From Victivallaceae bacterium (lineage in GTDB: Bacteria > Verrucomicrobiota > Lentisphaeria > Victivallales > Victivallaceae), in NCBI GenBank assembly GCA_041665605.1, contig JBAYIO010000005.1, positions 20,641 through 84,640 of the forward strand: a stretch of DNA of 64,000 nucleotides. The letters run 5' to 3'. The notes beneath the pieces were generated by a model, which made no database searches, was not told where the DNA came from, and saw only the letters and a list, made by a program, of their open reading frames with translations. The translations under genes were made by a program, and so were the position numbers. This document shows, piece after piece, positions 56,554 to 64,000 of the stretch (positions within the stretch are counted from its first letter, which is position 1; each line of letters starts with the position of its first letter).

Positions 56554-56924
56554 ATCATCAGGAAGGTCATAAGACTTGGATAGTTCCTGACGGCTGGCTG
56601 CCGCCGGCCGGGGGCAGCGGCGATATGATTAATCACGAATCTCTGATGATTTTGAATACCGGCAGCAAAAAAGCGCAAATAACCATTGATATCTATTTCG
56701 ATGACCGGGAACCGGTTCGTGATTTGCCGTTAACGGTCGAAGCGGAAAGAATCAGGGCAATACGTCTGGATTTGCCGGATGAACTTGGCTTTGAACTGCC
56801 GCGGACTACTCAGTATGCGTTGAGAGTAAAAAGTGATGTCAAAATCATTGTCCAGTACGGGCGCATGGATGTACGCCAGCCCAATCTGGCGTATTATGGA
56901 ACTATGGCTTATCCGATACAATAA
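56550..56924 (+). CDS. sensory rhodopsin transducer (ASRT) family protein
   Basis: KTWIVPDGWLPP...NHESLMILNTGSKKAQITIDIYFDDREPVRDLPLTVEAERIRAIRLD aligns with the Anabaena ASRT sequence as I recall it. Start moved to ATG 56550, which overlaps the upstream stop (ATGA). Confidence 0.7.
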   Translation: MNHQEGHKTWIVPDGWLPPAGGSGDMINHESLMILNTGSKKAQITIDIYFDDREPVRDLPLTVEAERIRAIRLDLPDELGFELPRTTQYALRVKSDVKIIVQYGRMDVRQPNLAYYGTMAYPIQ

Positions 56925-56947
56925 ACATATAAAAAGCAAGAATCAAC

Positions 56948-57787
56948 ATGAAATTAAGAGACAAATTCTGGTTATGGGGGCAAAGCGCGGGCAGCCATCA
57001 CTTCCATCAGGACAAAAACATGCCTAATGGCAATGTATATGACTTGCCTGGTACTAACGTGATGGAATCGGCGGAGGGCGGTAAATTCTTCGGGATTCCG
57101 AATTGCTGCCGGGTGGTGATGAGTTCAGGTCCGGTACCGCCGTTCGATGCGGAATCGGAAAAACTCAAAGACTTCAAGCAGGTCGTCTGGTCGGCAGTCG
57201 GAGCTGGCGGCGTGGCCCGCAACAGCGACGATAAAAGTGACATTGACGAAGTGATCCGGCAGGCCGGGAAATATCCGAATATTACCGGAGCCGTCCTTGA
57301 TGACTTCTTTAAGTCCGTGGAAGGCTTCAATATCGGCGACTCAGTCGCCAGGCATACGGTCGGCAGTATCGCTTCCATTCGGGACAAACTGCATAACTTT
57401 CCTGGACGGAAACTCGATTTGTGGATGGTATGGTACTCCTATCAATTGGATTTTAAAGTCGCGGATTACATTTCATTATGCGATGTAATTACATTGTGGA
57501 CGTGGAAAGGATCGGATCTGGCGATTCTTGATGAAAATATCAGGCGGTTTATAATTAAGACTCCCGGCAAGCGGCGTCTGGCCGGTTGTTATATGTGGAA
57601 CTACGGCGAGTCCAGGCCTCTGACGAATAAACAAATGCAGGATCAGCTTGATTGTTATTATCGCTGGATTAAAGGAGGCGACATTGAAGGTATTGTGCTG
57701 TGTTCCAATTGCATCGCCGATATCGGATTGGAAGCTGTGGATATCACACGGCGCTGGCTCGACACCGTCGGGGATGATGAGATATAG
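56948..57787 (+). CDS. hypothetical protein
   Basis: 279-aa ORF, last gene of the 54605-57787 cluster. No family recognised. Confidence 0.55.
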   Translation: MKLRDKFWLWGQSAGSHHFHQDKNMPNGNVYDLPGTNVMESAEGGKFFGIPNCCRVVMSSGPVPPFDAESEKLKDFKQVVWSAVGAGGVARNSDDKSDIDEVIRQAGKYPNITGAVLDDFFKSVEGFNIGDSVARHTVGSIASIRDKLHNFPGRKLDLWMVWYSYQLDFKVADYISLCDVITLWTWKGSDLAILDENIRRFIIKTPGKRRLAGCYMWNYGESRPLTNKQMQDQLDCYYRWIKGGDIEGIVLCSNCIADIGLEAVDITRRWLDTVGDDEI

Positions 57788-58057
57788 AGTAGTCGCCCTT
57801 GACGCAAGTGAAAAAAGAGACTGCGGATTAATGCCTGAACCAGATAACCTAGATAACAAGCACCGAAGAATCACAAAATAGTTCGCGATGTCCTCCCCTC
57901 AATCTAAAAAACATTACGTGCAGCAATTTTGCTTGCAAATATCTTGCAAAGTATAATCTTATTAAGCTCACTATGCGGATATTTTGATCCGTCATAAAGA
58001 GGCATTGCATAAATTTAAATATTTATCAATAAAATTAAATAAAATTGTATAAAAAAG

Positions 58058-58086
58058 TTGACAAATGTTTTTTGAAGTACTATAGT
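58058..58086 (+). promoter_or_regulatory. sigma70-type promoter (TTGACA-17 nt-TATAGT)
   Basis: TTGACA at 58058-58063, a 17-nt spacer, then TATAGT at 58081-58086. ATG 58093 begins 7 nt after the -10 hexamer. Confidence 0.5.
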
Positions 58087-58092
58087 ATTTAT

Positions 58093-59271
58093 ATGATAAC
58101 ATTATTAGAACCAATTAATAAACGAAGTCAGGCTGTTATGGAACGACAGCGAGTGGCGGATATTTTGCAAAAAGCAATCCTGAACGGCACTTATCAGACA
58201 GGTATGGCGTTGCCTACAGAAACAGAGATGATGAAAGTTTACGGATTGAGTAGACACAATGTTCGTATGGCATTCGAGGTTTTACTGAAAGATAAGCTCA
58301 TTAAAAGAACTCCGGGACGAGGTACAGTTGTTGCTGGTGCAATAGAGAATTCAAAATCTACAATGATAAGCTATGTACTGCAAAGTCCTCAGGACTGGCT
58401 GTGCGCCGGAGTAATGCAGGGATGTAATGATTTTTTTAGTGGCTCTGATTACCGTTTTGAGTTTGTACAATGTGGTGATTTGGCGGATGAATTTGATTCT
58501 TGCATTGATCGTCTCATAAATATGCCGCCAGCTGGCGCTGTAATAATGCCCTTGCCGTGGCACGACAATAATGAATGGGTTTTTAAATTAAAACAGGCGG
58601 GAATACCGTTTGTAACAGTTGACTCCTATCCCTTTGGCTGTAATTGTAGTTCGGTGGAAATGGACAATCGACTTGGCGGTTATCTGGCAGGCAAGCATTT
58701 TATAGAACAAGGTTACAAGAACCTGTTTTGGGTTGGATATGAGCAGGCAAGCAGCACTTATCGACTTCGCTTTGAGGGTTTTATGGATGCGGTCAAAGAA
58801 TCGATTGAAAAAGTGAAAGTATGTATGCCGTTGCACTATAAATTAACGGCTAAAGCAGAGCGGGAGCATCTTCGTCCCTGGGAAGCATGTCAGGTTTTTT
58901 GGCGCGAAATGGTTACGCGATTGGATAAATCAATGTTTCCAGCAGGTGTATTTGCCGGTAGTGATATAGAAGCCTATGGAGTAATGCAGGCTTGTAAAGA
59001 GTTGGGTTTTGATATAGGCAAAACGGTTGGCGTAATAGGATTTGATGATCGTGATTTGGCGGTTATGGGTTCACCATTGCTTTCCTGCGTTCGTCAATCA
59101 CCTGAAAAGATGGGGGCTGCCGCCGCCCAACTATTAAAAATACTAATTGAAGATAATGATTCAAAATGCCAGCATATTATGCTAAAAACAGAATTGATTT
59201 TAAGAGAATCAAGTATATTGAAACTAAAACCCCAAGGAGAAAAGATTAAAGGAGATATATTGCAAAATTAA
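58093..59271 (+). CDS. AraR-type chimeric regulator (GntR wHTH plus LacI/PBP1 domain)
   Basis: wHTH: [42 protein letters not shown]-terminus has LacI-type blocks ([25 protein letters not shown]). The track's TTG start (58045) spans the promoter, so ATG 58093 (possibly leaderless) or ATG 58138 is more likely. Confidence 0.8.
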   Translation: MITLLEPINKRSQAVMERQRVADILQKAILNGTYQTGMALPTETEMMKVYGLSRHNVRMAFEVLLKDKLIKRTPGRGTVVAGAIENSKSTMISYVLQSPQDWLCAGVMQGCNDFFSGSDYRFEFVQCGDLADEFDSCIDRLINMPPAGAVIMPLPWHDNNEWVFKLKQAGIPFVTVDSYPFGCNCSSVEMDNRLGGYLAGKHFIEQGYKNLFWVGYEQASSTYRLRFEGFMDAVKESIEKVKVCMPLHYKLTAKAEREHLRPWEACQVFWREMVTRLDKSMFPAGVFAGSDIEAYGVMQACKELGFDIGKTVGVIGFDDRDLAVMGSPLLSCVRQSPEKMGAAAAQLLKILIEDNDSKCQHIMLKTELILRESSILKLKPQGEKIKGDILQN

Positions 59272-59303
59272 CAAGTTTAACAAGTTTAACAAGTTTAACA
59301 AAG
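59268..59303. repeat. 9-bp tandem repeat (TTAACAAGT x3 plus TTAACAAAG)
   Basis: Read directly from the sequence. The first unit contains the regulator's TAA stop, and the array ends 14 nt before the pseudopilin ATG. Confidence 0.9.
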
Positions 59304-59317
59304 GGAAAAAATTTAAA

Positions 59318-59983
59318 ATGAAAACAAAAAGAATTTTTACACTTATTGAGCTCCTAATAGTAATCGCTATTATTGCAATTCTAGCTGGAATGTTACTGCC
59401 AGCTTTGAATAAAGCACGTGACAAAGCAAAAGCAATTTCTTGCATAAATAATTTAAAGCAACTTGGATTGACTAATTTTGTTTATGCAGGTGATTATAAT
59501 GATTTCTTTGTAGGATACGATACCGGTCCTTCAAGTTATGATTCTTATTGGCACCGCTACACTGGACCTGATAATTATCATAATTTGGGAAGATTGTTCA
59601 GAGAAAATTATATTAAGAACCCTGCCATAATTTGTTGTCCGTCAGCACTTTACCCTGCCTGCCAATATAAACCGGCTGACTGGAAAAGAGCAACAGGTCC
59701 AGCAGCCATTGTGAGAGGCTACTATTATCATGGACGAAACGGCTGGGCGACTGGTACTGATAGAGACAAAGATGTTCGTTATAATAGAGTTAAAAACCTT
59801 GCTGGTAAAGCCGTTATTTTTGACCCTCCTTTTAATAGTATATTAGCAAATCATATAATAACGTTTAACGTATTTTATGGAGATGGTTCTGCTCATGCGG
59901 TAAAATGTTCCGGATGGTCAGCAATTGGTGATGCGTCACAAACAGGTTTTGATAAAATAATGAAGTACATGGACACTCATTAA
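59318..59983 (+). CDS. prepilin-type N-terminal domain protein, H-X9-DG family (pseudopilin-like)
   Basis: [39 protein letters not shown]-terminus. C-terminal [12 protein letters not shown]. Confidence 0.9.
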   Translation: MKTKRIFTLIELLIVIAIIAILAGMLLPALNKARDKAKAISCINNLKQLGLTNFVYAGDYNDFFVGYDTGPSSYDSYWHRYTGPDNYHNLGRLFRENYIKNPAIICCPSALYPACQYKPADWKRATGPAAIVRGYYYHGRNGWATGTDRDKDVRYNRVKNLAGKAVIFDPPFNSILANHIITFNVFYGDGSAHAVKCSGWSAIGDASQTGFDKIMKYMDTH

Positions 59984-60353
59984 TTACAAAGTGTATTATA
60001 AGAGCTATGAAGATTAGCTTACTGCAAGTATTCTATATGTTGCTTAACATGCATTTTATATATTTAAACTATAATTTCTTCGCAAACTAGTGCCTGAACG
60101 AAAGCTATGAAATGCCTTGATTTTAAAGAGGTTATCAATGAACTTTGGGAGTGAAGATTTTTCAGTCCAAGTCATTTCTCTCTTAAAAAAGCAAAATTCA
60201 TTCAATAAATGTACGGCATATTGAAGCAATTCAATAAATTTCTAAAATATTCGGGTCGACAGTTGAACGTTAACTCATTTTGAATAATAGAGTTAATGAG
60301 TTTTCGTTCAAGCACAAGCTAAAGAAAACTATAATATAATAATGGAGTAAATT

Positions 60354-62510
60354 ATGAAGCTAAAATTATTAATATTGATATTAATTTCATTCGTTTATAC
60401 AGTTCAGAGTAAAGAGATTTTTAAAAGTAATTTTTTGAATGATGACAATCTGAAGCAGTGGAAAATTATGAAATATACCAAAGGCGAAAAAACAGGCGAG
60501 GCGATGCCGGGACGCATGGTCAACAAACAGCGTCCAATGATCTTACTGTCTCCTGATAATAAGAGTTGGGGATTTGTTGAAAAAACTTTTTCAGGAACCG
60601 AATTACCTAAAGGAGAAAAAATAAGACTGACTGTTTATTTACAAACTAATAATTGTAAAAATGTAGATTTAATAATCTCAGACGGTGTAAGTTGGGGAGG
60701 AGATGTTAAACGATATAGCAAAAGACATCCAAAGGAAAATTTTGCATGGGAAAAAGTCGTGGCAATATTTGACCGTTCGGATACAAACAATTTAATCAGT
60801 GTTGCAATTGGGCTGGATTATAGGACAGAAGGCACCTGGGTAGCAATTGACACAGTAGTAGTAGAATGCGCTGATAAATTTACCGAGAATACAGAAAAAG
60901 ACTCTTTGCCAGATTACAAAGTATGGCTCGAATCAAAAAAAATAGCAACATGGGTTTTGCCGAAAATTAATAAATGCTCTGAGGATTTAAAAACATATTT
61001 CGGTGCGGACGAAAATGCTATGAAAGCTTTTAATGGGGAGTTGCAGAACCTTAATAGAATAAAAAGCATAATTCAAAATGAAGAGTATATTTGCGCACAA
61101 GAGACAAAATATGTATTTAGTTCTGAACAATTAGGTTTTTTATGGAAAATATGTAACAGTTTAACATTTTTTAATGAGAATACTATTCTTACACCGGAAA
61201 ACCAGACCATATATGAAATGAATGCTGCTCAGAACGCACAAGAGATGTGTATTATTATGTTGCGTAATAATTTCGATTCGATAAATCGTTTTAAAGTTAG
61301 TTTAAGTGGTAATATTGCTAAAAATACCAAATTATATAGTATGGAATATATTGATAAATCCCCAGACTGTATCCGTCCAATGACTAATGACAGTTTTATT
61401 ACTTTAGGAAAGAGACAAACAGGTGGAATATTGATAATTTGTTCAACTCGCAATATTAATGCTGGAGAATATAAAGGAGTCGTCACTATAACGCCGTTTA
61501 ATTCAGAACTAGCGGTGCAAGAAAAAAAAATTAAGCTAAAGGTTTATCCCGTTAAATTGCCGGATGAAATGCCAATTAACATCTTTCATTGGGATTATAA
61601 TATAGCGTTAAAACCAGCATGGTTGGATTTTTTACTTGCGGGTAGAGTTAATACATTTCATATATCTAATTTGCCAGAACCTAAGGCACCGTATGATTTT
61701 TCCGCATTGAAAAAAGCAGTTACAAATATTCAAAATCAAAATAGAGGGCATCAATTCACATTAATTCTAGAATCATGGTTTGTTCGTGAAAGAGGCGGTT
61801 GGAAAAATGAATATATCCCATGGCTGAATGCATTGACTGTTGTTATGGCAGAGCTAGGATTGAAATATGATAATTGGTATCTCGAAGTATATGATGAAAC
61901 TCTTTCTCCTGAATTTTTAACTACTGCAAAAGCAATTAAAAAAATAAATCCTAAAATTAGGATATTTTCAGATTGTATTGTTAAAGATAGTAATGTAATA
62001 GATAATTTTACTCCATATGTGGATATGTGGAGTCCTTATGTTAAGCATTTGCCACCTGAAACAAATGAGTATGTAAAGTCACTTGAAAGAATGCAGGCAA
62101 GTAAACTGCCTCTATGGACATATAATTGTGATTCCCAACCATCGCAAGAATTATCCTTGTATCGCATTCAGCCTTGGATCGCACGAATGCATAATTTGGA
62201 TGGGTGTGCATATTGGACAGCAAAAAGCTGTGAAGAGCGTCCGGCTGGTAAATTTAATTACGGGATGACATATACGGATGACAATGGGAACCCATTGGCG
62301 AGTCGCCGATGGGAAGAGTGGAAAAGTGGTTTGGAGGATTATCTTTTACTTTATGTTGCGGATCAGAAAGCAACAAAGATTGGTGATAAAGAACTCAAGC
62401 AAAAAGTTAAATTAGCAATTTCAGAAACGATTGCTAATCGTAGTTCCCCAAAACTTGGATTGGTAATTAATAAATGGAAAGAAATCTTACTTGATAGTTT
62501 AAGTAAATAA
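60354..62510 (+). CDS. secreted protein of unknown family (possible DUF4091/GH123-like hydrolase)
   Basis: 718 aa with signal peptide MKLKLLILILISFVYTVQS. The WYLEVYDET and VDMWSPY blocks resemble DUF4091-type enzymes as recalled (weak). GGAG RBS. Confidence 0.65.
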   Translation: MKLKLLILILISFVYTVQSKEIFKSNFLNDDNLKQWKIMKYTKGEKTGEAMPGRMVNKQRPMILLSPDNKSWGFVEKTFSGTELPKGEKIRLTVYLQTNNCKNVDLIISDGVSWGGDVKRYSKRHPKENFAWEKVVAIFDRSDTNNLISVAIGLDYRTEGTWVAIDTVVVECADKFTENTEKDSLPDYKVWLESKKIATWVLPKINKCSEDLKTYFGADENAMKAFNGELQNLNRIKSIIQNEEYICAQETKYVFSSEQLGFLWKICNSLTFFNENTILTPENQTIYEMNAAQNAQEMCIIMLRNNFDSINRFKVSLSGNIAKNTKLYSMEYIDKSPDCIRPMTNDSFITLGKRQTGGILIICSTRNINAGEYKGVVTITPFNSELAVQEKKIKLKVYPVKLPDEMPINIFHWDYNIALKPAWLDFLLAGRVNTFHISNLPEPKAPYDFSALKKAVTNIQNQNRGHQFTLILESWFVRERGGWKNEYIPWLNALTVVMAELGLKYDNWYLEVYDETLSPEFLTTAKAIKKINPKIRIFSDCIVKDSNVIDNFTPYVDMWSPYVKHLPPETNEYVKSLERMQASKLPLWTYNCDSQPSQELSLYRIQPWIARMHNLDGCAYWTAKSCEERPAGKFNYGMTYTDDNGNPLASRRWEEWKSGLEDYLLLYVADQKATKIGDKELKQKVKLAISETIANRSSPKLGLVINKWKEILLDSLSK

Positions 62511-62734
62511 CGTCGTACTCAAGTTTGTCAGCGCCGATTGAAAATTGCGCTTATCCTCGAAAGCTGGACAACTTGCATAAGTGTAAAAGACTCTTAATTT
62601 AAAACTAAAAATAAGGAGCTAAGTTGGTTTTCAATTGAGCTTCAGCGCAGATGCATCACTCAGGATTTTAAATATAATTTGCATGTATAATATAATTAGT
62701 ATCTGAGACATATAATCAATATTGGAGATATAAA

Positions 62735-64000
62735 TTGAAGAAATCACCCAAAGTGGCAGTCATCGGCGCCGGCAGTTACTTCTTCGGCAAACCGGTAATA
62801 TGGAAGATGGTTAACAGCGAATATCTGTGTCATGGCACCCTGGTGCTGGTGGATACCAATCCCGCGGCGCTTGATACAATGATGAAGCTTGCCCGGCGTG
62901 CCATAGACGCAACCGGAGTTCCGACGAAACTGATTGGCTCCGTTGACCGCAAGGAAGTACTGAATGACGCTGATTTCGTGGTTTTGACTTTTTCCGAACG
63001 CAACGCCCACTATCGCGGCGTTGACACTCGGATTGCTGGCAAATATGGCGTTACTATGTGTTCGTCCGACACCATTGGCCCCGGGGGGATATTCCGTGCA
63101 TTAAGGGAAATTCCGCATGTTCTGGACGTTGTCGAAGACATCAGGAAACTTGCTCCCAATGCCTGGGTTATCAATTTTATTAACCCTTCCTCTGTGCTTG
63201 GAATAGCGTTGATGCGTTATGCGCCTGACATTAAGAGTTTCGCACTGTGCGACGGGAATCATCTGCCGCATTCCAGATTGAATTACATGAAGTTTGCCGG
63301 AGTCCTGCCTGAAGACGCTGTATCCATTCCACCGGAACTTGACGCAAGATTCGACATCAAAATAGCCGGAGTCAACCATTGCACCTGGGTGACGAAATGT
63401 ACTTTCAACAGAAAGGATATGATGCCGGCCTGGCGGGAAAATCTTGCAAAACATGCTGCCGCGGAATGGGAGACAGAGCCCAGTCCGAAAGCCAAGCCGC
63501 GTCTGAATATGAATTATGCGCTGCAATTGTTCGATATTTACGGGGCTTATCCGACAGCACCCAGCCATACTAAAGAATATGTTCCTTTTTTTCAAGGGTA
63601 CGGTGTAACGCCGAACGAACCGGAGCCGATTATCCTGTTCGACGCTTACAATCGCGCAAATGAAATGAAAGCGGCCTGGGAGAAGACCGAAAAGCTGGCA
63701 AACGGCGAAACCCCGATTGATGAATTTCTTAAGATGGATCATGGCGACCATGCAACCGATATCATTGAAAGCATGTGCGGTGATTTGAAGAAGCCGTTCT
63801 TCATTAACAGTCCCAATCGCGGAGCAGTAACCAATATGCCTGACGACGCATTACTGGAACTGGAATGTGAAGTGGATATGAATGGCATACGCCCGAAGCC
63901 TTTCGGGGAAATGCCGCGCGGACTGCTTGGTTTGCAGATGCAGGTACTCGACTCGCATGAACTGACGGCGGAGGCCGCCGTCACCTGCGACCGCAAAACC
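62735..64000 (+). CDS. GH4 family glycosidase, 3'-truncated by the window end (absent from the supplied ORF track)
   Basis: TTG start at 62735 with GGAG 7 nt upstream. I translated all 422 codons to base 64000 without meeting a stop. KVAVIGAGSYFFG (Rossmann), SSDTIGPGGIFRALREIPHVLDV, WVINFINPS, ALCDGNH and GVNHCTW are GH4 blocks. Confidence 0.85.
   Translation, partial: MKKSPKVAVIGAGSYFFGKPVIWKMVNSEYLCHGTLVLVDTNPAALDTMMKLARRAIDATGVPTKLIGSVDRKEVLNDADFVVLTFSERNAHYRGVDTRIAGKYGVTMCSSDTIGPGGIFRALREIPHVLDVVEDIRKLAPNAWVINFINPSSVLGIALMRYAPDIKSFALCDGNHLPHSRLNYMKFAGVLPEDAVSIPPELDARFDIKIAGVNHCTWVTKCTFNRKDMMPAWRENLAKHAAAEWETEPSPKAKPRLNMNYALQLFDIYGAYPTAPSHTKEYVPFFQGYGVTPNEPEPIILFDAYNRANEMKAAWEKTEKLANGETPIDEFLKMDHGDHATDIIESMCGDLKKPFFINSPNRGAVTNMPDDALLELECEVDMNGIRPKPFGEMPRGLLGLQMQVLDSHELTAEAAVTCDRKT

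Noticed and set aside
59268-59303. CRISPR array or other long repeat array
   Set aside because: This is the only tandem array in the window. It has 9-bp units with no spacers, and there are no cas genes, so it is not a CRISPR array.
63101-63751. 216-aa minus-strand ORF, together with neighbours 62744-63010 and 63739-63996
   Set aside because: These are antisense to the untracked GH4 gene on the plus strand. They appear to be the only ORFs here simply because the real gene has a TTG start and no stop in the window.

Overview
This is a 64-kb chromosomal window. Hand counts of sample lines give about 50-55% GC, apart from one AT-rich ~5-kb island at 57.8-62.7 kb. I found no rRNA, tRNA, CRISPR array, transposase, integrase or phage genes. 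I call about 56 CDS, including one nonsense-interrupted gene and one gene missing from the supplied ORF track.

The gene content suggests a PVC-superphylum glycan degrader (Lentisphaerota/Kiritimatiellota-like); this assignment is an inference. It rests on three prepilin-like '[16 protein letters not shown]...H-X9-DG' proteins, a Cys-type sulfatase, GH130, two GH4 enzymes, four AraC regulators and three AraR-type GntR/LacI chimeric regulators.

Housekeeping blocks:
- ilvH
- folE-folB-folK plus a pterin-4a-carbinolamine dehydratase
- dinB
- a WecA-like transferase
- UDP-xylose synthase-murF-murE

Most interesting observation: three separate loci (1.5-8.6 kb, 15.1-24.4 kb, 58.0-64.0 kb) share one gene grammar. 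Each has a chimeric GntR/LacI regulator, exactly one H-X9-DG pseudopilin-like gene whose leader lacks the canonical Gly(-1), secreted proteins with no family I recognise, and a cytoplasmic glycosidase or phosphorylase. I recognised no sugar transporter anywhere in the window. I read these loci as a candidate pseudopilin-dependent polysaccharide-utilisation system that has not been described (inference).

Other items:
- a bacterial XPB helicase / Bax1-like (DUF790) pair, tightly linked to a small 2-TM protein
- a split/fused paralog set inside locus B
- an in-frame TAG in a 2-hydroxyacid dehydrogenase gene
- a sensory-rhodopsin-transducer (ASRT) homolog coupled to an amidohydrolase and to an M24 protein with degenerate metal ligands
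- several near-consensus sigma70-type promoters
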